64,000 nucleotides of DNA. Source: the human T2T-CHM13v2.0 reference genome, Homo sapiens. The notes beneath the pieces are model-generated. The model searched no databases and was not told the origin of the DNA. It saw only the letters and a list, made by a program, of their open reading frames with translations. Where the stretch lies: assembly GCF_009914755.1 (NCBI RefSeq), contig NC_060925.1; one strand, 5' to 3'. This document shows, one piece after another, positions 1 to 16,861 of the stretch (within the stretch, counting starts at the first letter, position 1; every line of letters starts with the position of its first letter). The position numbers were made by a program, and so were the translations under genes.

Positions 1-67
1 GAATAAATACATTTCAAACAGTGGTTGTTTGGTTAGAGGGAGTTTGGGCTATATATTTTAGTAATTA

Positions 68-741
<674 letters not shown>

Positions 742-970
742 CTATAAAAGCTACAATATATCTTTCAAGATTTTCAAGTATTTTGATTAAACTAAAAATT
801 TTAGGTTTATTATGAGACAGATGGGTATCATTGTGTTGACCTGGTGTCTGGGTTGCCTGTGAGGGGTTGCAGTGACTTACAAAGTTAAACACAGTACAGA
901 AAAATGACAAGTTACACTGCTGTGCAAAGCAGCCAGAAGAAGCTGAAACATTTTTGTCTCTACTCCACAG

Positions 971-1047
971 GCTGCCATAAGAAAAGAATTAAATGAATTT
1001 AAAAGCTCCGAGATGGAGGTTCATGAAGAGAGCAAACATTTTACACG
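971..1047 (+). CDS. PHACTR4: PHACTR4 penultimate coding exon ([26 protein letters not shown]), C-terminal PP1-binding region
   Basis: ccacag acceptor before 971 and CG|gtaag donor at 1048. The translation matches the conserved PHACTR-family C-terminus, and phase 2 joins the exon at 4490. Confidence 0.93.
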
Positions 1048-1132
1048 GTAAGACCCAAAAGACCCAATCATATATGTGCTAGGTAGAGTTTTCCAAAAAA
1101 TTGTTCAGATATGAAGGGCTCTAATGACATCA

Positions 1133-1492
<360 letters not shown>

Positions 1493-1534
1493 TCAAAAAA
1501 AAAAAAAAAATAAGTAAATGTGTATTCTGATTAT

Positions 1535-1700
1535 GGCATTTCATGTATATTATTTAATCCTTGTAATAAACATGCAAGATGTGTTAACATCCCCATTTTA
1601 TCACTGAGGAAATGGAGGCTCACAATGGTTAAGTAACTTGGTTGACTTGCTAGTAAATTGCAGAACCAGGATTCGGAGAAAGAAATCAATGACTTCAAGG
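1535..1700 (-). mobile_element. MIR SINE fragment (approximate ends)
   Basis: atccccattttatcactgaggaaatggaggctcac...aagtaacttg resembles the MIR core in reverse. Confidence 0.6.
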
Positions 1701-2423
1701 ATGTGAGGTGCTCTCTTCCTTGTACCTTACTCTCTCAGGTTATAAATGAGGAGACTGTGCTAAGTTAGACAAGATCTTGCCCTCTCTGGTTCAGTTCTGT
1801 CTAGCACAGTTGATCTTACCAACTTAATGTATAAACAACATTTTAATTAGCTGTCTTCATGAAACAAGCCAAGAAATCCAACAAAGCCAACAAGCCAACA
1901 AATCAAGTGTTTTGATTTGGAATTACGGTTGTGATTAAGGACCCACCCATATCCAAAGAATCAGCTAGCCACAAATGGAATCAGTGAAAGTATCTTTACA
2001 TGATTCTTAGAACATTTACAAAAAGAGGCAAATGAGGCTGAGTGCAGTGGTTCATGCCTGTAATCTCGACACTTTGAGTGGCTGAGGCGGGAGGATCGCT
2101 TGAGCACAGGAGTTTGACACCAGCCTGAGCAACATAGTAAGACTCCATCCCTACAAAAAAAAAAAAAATCTATTTTTTGATTTAGGCAGGGGCCTGGTGC
2201 AGTGGTACACACCTGTAATCCTAGCACTTTGGGAGGCCGAGGTGGGAGGATCACTTTGAGACCAGCCTGGGAAACACGGTGAGCCCCATCTCTACAAAAA
2301 ATAAACTTAAAAAAAAAATAAGCAAGGTGCAGCCAGGCGCAGTGGCTCACACCTGTAATCCCAGCACTTTGGGAGGCTGAGGCAGGTGGATCACTTGAGG
2401 CCAGTTGGAGACCAGCCTGGTCA

Positions 2424-2696
<273 letters not shown>

Positions 2697-3193
2697 TCAG
2701 AGGATGTTTGGGGCAGTGTGGTGAAAATAAACTAGAAAATGGGTTGCAGTCCCTCGCAATGCTTTGACTGTTATGCTAGGATGTTGGAACCATTGGCAGT
2801 TCATAAGCAGGAAATTCTGTGTATTTCAGAACAAGCTCTGATGCAAACAACAAAGATGATATGGAAGGATGAAGAGACTAGCAGCAAGGAAAACAGGAAG
2901 TATCTGAAATAATCTTAGTGAGCATAGTGGTAGCTCACACCAGAGATAGTGAGAATGCAAAGGTGATAGATTTGTAAGACATTTCAAGCATAGAATCAAC
3001 AAGATGTGGCAATTTGTTGGATTCCAGAGATGAAATAAAGGAGTAGTCAAAATGACTCTGATATTTTTAACTTGTATTTTTTGAGGTCTTTGAAGGTGAT
3101 AAGTTTAGCTGAACAGTTTAGTTTATTCAACAAATACTGAGCACCTACCACGATAGGTATAGTGCTAGGTCCTTGGGCTACAGCAGGAAATAA

Positions 3194-3442
<249 letters not shown>

Positions 3443-3533
3443 TGACACATGGAGATACCTAGAAGACCATTAGATATGCAGCCTAGAATCCAGAAAGAAA
3501 GCAAAGTCTCAAGATACAAATGAAAGAAGATAG

Positions 3534-3809
<276 letters not shown>

Positions 3810-3980
3810 TGATCTTCTCACCTTGGCCTCCCAAAGTGTTGGGATTGATTACAGGCATGAGCCACCGTGACTGGCCAAGGAAAGTTGTTTTTTATTTAAA
3901 GGGTAGACAGAGGAAAATGAACCAGGACAGCATACTGAGAAAGATCAATTGAAGAAGAGAGAAAATTATGGAAAAGATAG

Positions 3981-4217
<237 letters not shown>

Positions 4218-4489
4218 TAGCCAGGATGGTCTCAATCTCCTGACCTCTTGATCCGCCCGCCTCGGCCTCCCAAAGTGCTGGGATTACAGGTGTGAACCAT
4301 TGCGCCCAGCCGAGAAGAGTTTTAAGAAGGAAGCAGATGAGGAGTATCAGATGCAACAGAAAGGTCAGGTCGAATTAGAGCAGAGGAAAGGCAGTGTTAA
4401 TTAGGTATAACATTTCATTACTACTGATACATTAATAGCAAAGCAATGTACATCATGTGGTAACTTGTCTCTTTTTTAATCTCTTTTAG

Positions 4490-4505
4490 CTACCATCGTC
4501 CATGA
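4490..4505 (+). CDS. PHACTR4: PHACTR4 last coding segment (R-YHRP-stop)
   Basis: Polypyrimidine tract + tttag, then C TAC CAT CGT CCA TGA. This completes the Arg codon and gives the PHACTR terminal R(F/Y)HRP motif. Confidence 0.92.
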
Positions 4506-5132
4506 TGCCAAAGGTTGAGAGAGGAATCAACATGGCTGCTTTGCTGCTTCCTTCTCCAAAGTGACATATGGAGGGAACTTTAGCACTTCCCAGCACAGCC
4601 AGAATTGCATCCTCTGGGATCTTCTGAGGTGGACAGCACTTTGAATGTAGCATTTCACTGGAACAGAGTCTTATGTGCTGCACCGGGGGCAAAACAACAC
4701 TTTGTCAGTGCTTTTGAACCTTTCAATATTGTAGCATGCTTGAGGAGTTTTTCCCTTACTGGCCACCAAAGTTCTGAACCACTTGCAGGTTCCAGGTTTT
4801 ACTGGCTGCACCACACCCCTTCCCCTAGATGACTGCCTGTGCAGAGACACAGTTTGCACCATTAGCCTTACCTGCCCTGCCCTGATTGTGAGACCCAAAT
4901 GTGTAGGCTCTAAATTCCAGCCATCAAATCCAATTCCTGGTGGGGAAAACCTTCTGGAGACCCCCAACCTTCTGATAAAAGAGTCTCTACCTCCAGGGAA
5001 AGCCTTCTTACCACACTGGCATATCAGATGAAAGCATTGCACTGTACCTCTCGTAACACAGCAATACAGTCCTCTTGAGGCACTCAAGCCTGAGAGGAAG
5101 CTCAGGATCTGACATGTTCTTCCTTTTCCTCA

Positions 5133-5483
<351 letters not shown>

Positions 5484-5556
5484 TTAAAAAAAAAAAAAAA
5501 AAAAAAATCGGTTAGATGAGAAAGCATGTATATTTTCTATATACAAAAACAAGAAA

Positions 5557-5661
5557 GGCGTTTTGAGCCCCTGTGCTCAGGCCCACTCCCACACTGTGGA
5601 GTGTACTTTCATTTTCAATAAATCCCCTTATTCCTTCCTTGCAAAAAAAAAAAAAAAAAAA
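5557..5661 (+). mobile_element. Short ERV-LTR-like 3' fragment with AATAAA, followed by an A-tract
   Basis: cccactcccacactgtggagtgtactttcattttcaataaatccc resembles ERV1 LTR R-region sequence; ~19 A at 5643-5661. Confidence 0.45.
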
Positions 5662-5677
5662 GCCTTAGCCAGATTCA

Positions 5678-6019
<342 letters not shown>

Positions 6020-6756
6020 CTATTGTAGTTTTATTTACCAAATGATATTCTCTAAATCACTTCGACCAATAAATGTATTCTCCTCCTTAAAGCAGAGTTG
6101 TATCAACTCTGTGGGAGCATTTATGAGCTGTCAGTCCCCACACTTCTAGCCAGAATCACAATAAGGTCTGGCTGGGTGTGGGGTGCTGCATAGGAAAGGG
6201 TCTCTGGAGAAGCAAGAAGGGCACAATCATGGCCCACTGCTCCCCTCTTCTTCTCAGTGCTCTTTGCCCTCTCCTGCTGCGTGCTTCCTCTTCACTCCAG
6301 TGCTGATCCTCCTGCTCTCTCTGGCAGCTTCCACCTCACCCGCCCCTCTTCCACACTATAACCAGTATGGTTGGTGCTGGGGCATTGACTCAGCCCCCCT
6401 GCTTTCTGCATTTGTAATAGATATTAATATGATTTCCTAAAACAGAAGATTTTGTTGCTTTCTTTGAACTTGTATTGAAAACCATACAGTCTCACTGTTT
6501 TGCTTTAATTCCTATCCACACTATAAATGGAAGAAAAAAATTAATAGCTTCTGTTTAATCTGATGAATGTGGCTTTTTTTCCCTTCACTTTAATGTTCAA
6601 GAAGTTGTGGCTATTTCATAGATTTCTTCTGATTTATTCTGTGGGTCCCTGTTATCTGTTCTTTATGTAATCTTTCAGTAGATTTTCATCCTTTCATATC
6701 CACATTCTTATGTGGACTTGCTGAAGAAACAGAATATCAGTTCAAAACAAAACCTA

Positions 6757-7040
<284 letters not shown>

Positions 7041-7082
7041 AAGGAAGGAAGGAAAGCAAGCCCTGAATCCACATCTCCTTGA

Positions 7083-7735
<653 letters not shown>

Positions 7736-8245
7736 TGAAGTTTACTAACAATTGGGATAACTGAGGGAAGAGAAGTGACAATTCCACTCAGTCTATTAGA
7801 GGTCTGGATATAAGGTAGCCACACAATAACTCTAACTTGACTTCTAACCATTCTATCTTATTGATTTGGAGGCTGTCTTCTGCCAGATTTTTTGTGGCTT
7901 GAGATGATATTTTCGAACCCTTCTTTCACTACCTTTCTTACCCTTAATGTGCCAAGCTTGAAACAGGATTTGATTTCCTGAGCTACTTGTTCGCCTTCTG
8001 TGCGTCACCAAGTAATCTGGTTCATCTTTCGTCTCATTCATGTTATTTTCAAGTGAAACAAGACATTTTGGGGGTCAAGTCTCTTTGGGTGTTTTGTTTT
8101 TATGTATATAAAAATGGATTTTGTGTTCCCTTTCCATGTAAGTACCAACTTATATGGAAACTCACAATCATAATGTAAAGAAGAAATGAAAGCCTGGTGT
8201 ATTGTACTTCAAGATGCCTCCCTGATGTATAGAATCTCCTTGTAA

Positions 8246-8296
8246 AATAAATAATTGCATTGTATATCAGTCTTCCCATCAATATTAATTATTAAA
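8246..8296 (+). terminator. Distal poly(A) signals of PHACTR4 (AATAAA 8246-8251, ATTAAA 8291-8296)
   Basis: Canonical hexamers preceded by several TGTA elements and followed by T/GT-rich sequence. Confidence 0.65.
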
Positions 8297-8541
8297 TATT
8301 TTAGAATTTTTAAATACCAACTATACTATTCTGGTGTGAGGTATTTTCTTTTACATTACACTCTATCCCAAAAGATTAAATCCAGCTTAAAAATGATATG
8401 TAAGCCAGGTGTAGTGGCTCACACCTGTAATCCCAGCGCTTTGGGAGGACAAGGCAGGCGGATCACCTGAGGTCAGGACTTTGAGACCAGCCTGACCGAC
8501 AGGGAGAAACCCCATCTCTACTAAAAATACAAAATTAGCTA

Positions 8542-9007
<466 letters not shown>

Positions 9008-10333
9008 TGATCCGCCTGCCTCAGCCTCCCAAAGTGCTAGGACTACAGACATGAGCCACTGCACCCGGCCCAGGACACTTAGTACTTCATGTTATCTTTT
9101 CCAGCAAGCAGCCCAGTTTCAGTCCAGGTGGCCTCAGCAATGACTCACTTCTATTTGTCACTTAAGAGACTGGCCTTGTTTAGTGCACCACCCTTTACCA
9201 AGAGTTAAAAGAAACCATGAGTCAGAACTCCTTGTGTCCACCTGCTTCCAGATTGTCCTTCTACTAGCCCTCCAAAGAAGCCTCAAATTGCTATTGCCCT
9301 TTTGAGGTTAAATTGTCTCCAGAAAGCTGTTTTGAAGATGAAGATTGCCCAGTGTTTGCCAAAACAATGAATGAATTTTGGGTCTCTGTGGATTTATATA
9401 ACTGTACCCCAGGAAAAGGCAGGTCCAGCCCGGTGCAGTGATGCACACCTGTAGTCCCAGCAGCTTGGGAAGCTGAGGTGGAAGGATCAGTTGAGCCCAG
9501 GAGTTCAATACCAGCCTGGGCAACATAGACCTTGTCTCTTGAAAAAAGAGGAGCAGGTCCAATGGACACTGAATAGGCAAAGGATGAAATAATAAGCATA
9601 AAAAGATGACAATGTGCAACAAAGAAAATCCTATCCTTGAAGCCAAAATACAGCCAGCACCACTGTTTCAACGTTCTATTCCATTTCAGCCCTAGGAGGC
9701 ATGAAGGGAAAACCAGGAATGACCAGCAACCCAGACCTCTTGCTCCATCTGTCATTTTGTGTGGATATTGTTAATTTCTTCCCCAAAGAATTTTGCCTCC
9801 TATGTAGAGCATAGAGGTCATCTGACAGGAACAAACAGCTTTAATGTTCCTTCATTTGGCACTGAGGACACACAGTCCTCAGTGAGGATTGTGGGAGGGG
9901 GAGCATTAAATAAATTATTTAATGCTTACCTCCTTCCTACCCTCACCCGCAACAAAGACACAATCTTCCCGTGACCCCAATTTCTCTTCAATCTATTACC
10001 CTCTCTCCTGCTTTTCCTATACTCCCTTCACACAATCTATTCCAATGTTAAACAACCCAAGTTCTCAGGCCAGGCAGCTGGGCTAAATGATTGACAGAGG
10101 AAGAACTAGTGATGGAGATGTAAACTGAACAGGCTTCTTGGCCTTGCTTCATAACCTCTGGTCTGTGCACATTGTTTTCCCTACCTAAGGCCATATTCAC
10201 TCAGCTCATTAAAATCTAAACGAAATCCAAACCAATATGGCTTTCCTGTGGTCACCAGGGATTTCTCAGCCTTCGGTTATTGCACTTGGCTGCTTTGCAA
10301 CATTTGGTGCTTTGGACAATGTTCTAGTCCTCA

Positions 10334-10851
<518 letters not shown>

Positions 10852-11698
10852 TCAAGACCAGCCCGGGCAGTATAGTGAGAGGCCATCTCTACCAAAAATT
10901 TAAAAAATTAGCTGAGCATGGTGGTGCATGCCTCTAGTTCCCGTTACTCAGAAGAGGCTGAGGTGAGAGAATCGTTTCAGCCCTGGTGGTCCAGGCTGCA
11001 GTAGTCCTGATCACACCACTGCATTCCAACCTCAACAACAGAGCGAGATCTTGTCTCAAAATAAAATAAATGCTGGGGTTTCATGTCTTCCCATCACTCT
11101 CCTCATTCTTCCAAGACGACTTTAGCCACCATGCTAATTCTTACAACTTCTAAATATTTTATCACCAACTCAGATTTCTTACAGGAAGCCCAACCCCATA
11201 TATCTAATTGCTCTTTGGACTTATATACAACCAGATGTTACTCAGGTAACTCGTATATACTCCAATGTGGACATTACTCCTCCCCCACTGCCTGCATTTC
11301 CACTTATCAAGGTTAGAGACCATAGTATGTTCAGCCTCCTAAGCCTGAAACTCTGGTATCCTCAAGTTCTTCTCTTACCTTGCAATTCCAGTGGGACGAC
11401 AAACCCTACATCAGAAATGTCTTTTTTTTTTTTTTTTTTTTTTTTTTTTGAGATAGGTTCTTGCTCTGTTGCCCAGGCTGGAGTGCAGTGGCATGATCAC
11501 GACTCACTGCAGCCTCCATCTCCTGGGCTCAGGTGATCCTCACACCTCATAAGTAGCTAGGATTACAGGAATGTGCCACTACACTCAGCTAACATTTTTT
11601 TTAAAATTTTGTAGGCCGGGGTCGGGCGCAGTGGCTCAAGCCTGTAATCCCAGCACTTTGGGAGGCCGAGGCAGGTGGATCATGAGGTCAGGGGTTCA

Positions 11699-12295
<597 letters not shown>

Positions 12296-12571
12296 TTACT
12301 ACTCAAGATAGCCCAGCTGTGATAGCTCTGTCTCTCTAGCCAACGTTTTTCCACCTTACACCACACTAAAAATTCCATCATATTTGCAACATTTCTTATG
12401 TATATATATCGTAAGCATTCTTTACTTGCCTACTTCATATTCAGAGGGTTTTGTGTGTGGTAAAATATACATAAAACTTGCCATTTTTAACTAGTTTAAA
12501 ATGTATAGGGGGCCAGGTGTGGTGGCTCAGGCCTGTAATCCCAGTACTTTGGGAGGCCAAGGCGGGCATCA

Positions 12572-13569
<998 letters not shown>

Positions 13570-13779
13570 TGATGCCCAGGCCGGTCTCGAACTCCTGGCC
13601 TCAAGCGATCCGCCCCTCACGGCCTTCAGAGCTGCTGTAATCACAGGCGTGAGCCACCGCGTTCGACTCTTCCAAAAACTTTTTGGCCAGTTTATCTAAG
13701 GGCATATCCTACAGACTGAGTCCAGTGATTGCACAGAAGTAAACGTCCTCTGCAGCTACATACCTACAAACCTATTTCT

Positions 13780-14005
13780 GTAACGTACATTCCCCAGCAA
13801 GGTCCCGCGGGAAGGATCCACTACCGCGAGAGGCCTCCCAGCCAGGAAGGGGTGGGGCTCAATCTGCAGTAGATTCCCAGAAGCCTCAGTGAGTTTCTGA
13901 TTCTCTAACTGCGCATGCTTCTGCGCACGCGCAATAGACATTCCAGGACTTCCGGGCACTTCGTAAGGTTTAAAAAGGATGCTTCGCGTTTTCTCTCTCC
14001 TTTTT
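13780..14005 (+). promoter_or_regulatory. SNHG3 / upstream RCC1 promoter with 5'TOP initiator
   Basis: ZNF143/SBS-like ttcccagaagcc (13874-13885), NRF1-like tgcgcatgc..tgcgcacgcgca (13910-13933), ETS acttccgg (13948-13955), TATA-like tttaaaaa (13969-13976), and pyrimidine tract ttttctctctccttttt (13989-14005) about 30 nt downstream. Confidence 0.85.
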
Positions 14006-14128
14006 GGAGACAGATTCGCAGTGGTCGCTTCTTCTCCTTGGTAAGTGTGATCCTTGGTAAGTGTGATCAGATGCTTGCCACCGGAGTTGTGGGTCTAATG
14101 CTATAGATCAGTAGCCGAGCTTCCCTAG

Positions 14129-14359
<231 letters not shown>

Positions 14360-15320
14360 TGAACTCCTGATTTCCGGTGATCCACCACCCTCGGCCTTCC
14401 AAAGTGCTGGGATTACAGGCGTGAGCCACCGCGCCTGGCCGGAAATCATGTAATTTAAAACTATATATGGGTGTCTTAGGCGGCATCGGTCCCAACTCTA
14501 AAGTACGCGTTAGACGGGCCTGGGCCAGAAGTGGGCCATGGAGACCTCGGGACCCGCAGGGCTGCCGCCCGACCCAGCGAGCCTCTGAAGGTGCACCGCC
14601 ACCCCCACTGTTTATCTTACTGCCTCATAGTAGGCACATTGTCGTTCTCAATATAATTGCACACAGTTTTATTCTGGATCCTCATTTGCCTTTAAGAATT
14701 TTCTCAATTTTTCTTTTTATTTGATCGCACCACTGCAACCTCCGCCTGCTGGGCTCAAGCAATTCTCCTGCCGCAGCCTCCCGAGTAGCTGGGACTACAG
14801 GCGTGTACCACCGCGCCTGGCTTATTTTTGTATTTTTAGTAGAGACGGGATTTCACCATGTTGGCCAGGCTGGTCTCCAACGCCTGACCTTGTGGTCCGC
14901 CACGCCAGGCCGAAGATTTTCATAATTTGGAAGCATTGCGTTTCGTAATTATGCTTTCTCGTATTTTTGTGATTTGGGTCATTTTTATTTTTATATTTTT
15001 AGGATTACAGGCGTGAGCCATCGTGCCTGGCCGATTTGGGGGTAATTAACAAGTCCACGTGTTTCATTTGAATTTAGGATAGCTGGGCCTAATTGTTGTC
15101 TTTGCTTCTGCGGTACCTTCCACATAGTACTAACCGCCTATTGTAAAGTAATTAGAATAGCTGAATATGCATGTTACCAGTCTAGAAACCGATTTTTTTT
15201 TAACACCCCACTGTGGACAGGGTGGAAACTCGTTTGCTTTCTTGTTTAAGATCTGTAGTAACATGAATGGATGAAATTGTTTCCTATTGGATTCTGTAAA
15301 TTTATGCGTTACACTGATTG

Positions 15321-15527
15321 TCCAACGTGGATACACCCGGGAGGTCACTCTCCCCGGGCTCTGTCCAAGTGGCGTAGGGGAGCATAGGGCTCTGCCCCAT
15401 GATGTACAAGTCCCTTTCCACAACGTTGGAAATAAAGCTGGGCCTCGTGTCTGCGCCTGCATATTCCTACAGCTTCCCAGAGTCCTGTCGACAATTACTG
15501 GGGAGACAAACCATGCAGGAAACAGCC
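15321..15527 (+). ncRNA. SNORA73A: SNORA73A (U17a / E1) box H/ACA snoRNA for 18S rRNA processing (snR30 orthologue)
   Basis: 207 nt starting TCCAACGTGGATACACCCGGGAGG. H box AAATAA (15430), m1 ATATTCCTA (15461), m2 AAACCAT (15508), ACA box 3 nt from the end. Confidence 0.96.
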
Positions 15528-16083
15528 TTCTAGAGCACTGAATCTGGATTGAAGTCTTTTTTTTTTTTTTTTTTTTTGGAGATGGAGTCGCTCTGTTGCC
15601 CAGGCTGGAGTGCAGTGGCGCACTCCATTGCCTCTGCCTCCCGGGTTCAAGTGATTATGCTAAGTGATTCTCCTGCCTTGGCCTCCTGAGTAGCTGGGAT
15701 TACAGGCCCCCGCCACCACGCCAGGCTAATTTTTGTATTTTTAGTAAAGACAGGGTTTCACCATGTTGGTCAGGCTGGTCTCAAACTCCTGACCTTGTGA
15801 TCCGCCAGCCTCTGGCCTCCCAAAATGTTGGGATTACAGGCGTGAGCCACCACACCTGGCTGGATTGAAGTCTTAATACATGTTTAAGAAAAATTGGCTA
15901 AAAAGTAGCCAGGCATGATGATAGGTAGCTGGAGGAAGGAGAATCGCTGGAGCCCAGGAGTGACCTATACTCAAACCTATACTCCAGTGCCACTGTACTC
16001 CAACCCCAGGCGATAGCATGAGGCCCCTCGTTGAAAAAGTTTAGGGTTTTGCTGTACTAATAGATTAATATCTTGTTTTGCAG

Positions 16084-16116
16084 GATTTGTTAAGGATTCC
16101 AAGTAACTCTTATTTG
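16084..16116 (+). other. SNHG3: Non-coding exon 2 shared by SNHG3 and upstream-initiated RCC1 mRNA (33 nt)
   Basis: ttttgcag|GATTTG...TATTTG|gtgagt. Confidence 0.85.
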
Positions 16117-16513
16117 GTGAGTAAATCTGCTAATTGTTTTTTGCTTATCAGCTCTTTGTCAATGATTTCTGTAATGGAAATAGGATTGAAGAGACTTTTA
16201 TTCTAGTTGGTCAGGATTTACCTCTGAGGCATTTAATCATTCTCAGAGCAATAGCCAAATATCGACTTTGCTGCATTTTTGTAGGCATGTTGACATAACT
16301 TCAACATATGCTCTGTTCTGTAAAAATTGCTTTTTTTAGTCAGCTCATTAAAAGTGCAAAGTAGTAAAAGCTGCCCTAGTGAACTGTAGGAAGCCTAATT
16401 GGCTTTATCTACATGTGTAGCCTGAGCTGAGAAAGATACTAGCCCTTGAAAATACTGTGGGTGATTAGCAATATTGGATTTGTCGGTTACTCCAATTCCT
16501 CACTAATGAGCAT

Positions 16514-16718
16514 TCCAACGTGGATACCCTGGGAGGTCACTCTCCCCAGGCTCTGTCCAAGTGGCATAGGGGAGCTTAGGGCTCTGCCCCATGATGTACA
16601 GTCCCTTTCCACAACGTTGAAGATGAAGCTGGGCCTCGTGTCTGCGCCTGCATATTCCTACAGCTTCCCAGAGTCCTGTGGACAATGACTGGGGAGACAA
16701 ACCATGCAGGAAACATAT
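16514..16718 (+). ncRNA. SNORA73B: SNORA73B (U17b) box H/ACA snoRNA
   Basis: 205-nt near-identical paralogue of 15321-15527. H box AGATGA (16621), m1/m2 motifs, ACA+3 nt end, compensatory stem change (CCC..GGG vs CCT..AGG). Confidence 0.96.
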
Positions 16719-16785
16719 CTAGTATACTAGATTTTAAGTTGAAGTAGGATCTTCAGGAGTCTAATCATTATTTCTTTTCTTTTAG

Positions 16786-16861
16786 GAGAGAAGACGATCT
16801 GCACTTCGCATTTTGGCATTGACATTTAATTTTAGGGTCCTTTATATAGAAGGGAGAGTAG
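16786..16861 (+). other. SNHG3: Non-coding exon 3 shared by SNHG3 and RCC1 leader (76 nt)
   Basis: tttcttttctttttag|GAGAGAAG...GAGTAG|gtaaac. Confidence 0.8.

Noticed and set aside
15321-16718. CRISPR-like or unexplained direct repeat pair
   Set aside because: The two ~205-nt copies are the U17a/b snoRNA paralogues; no repeat-spacer array exists in the window.
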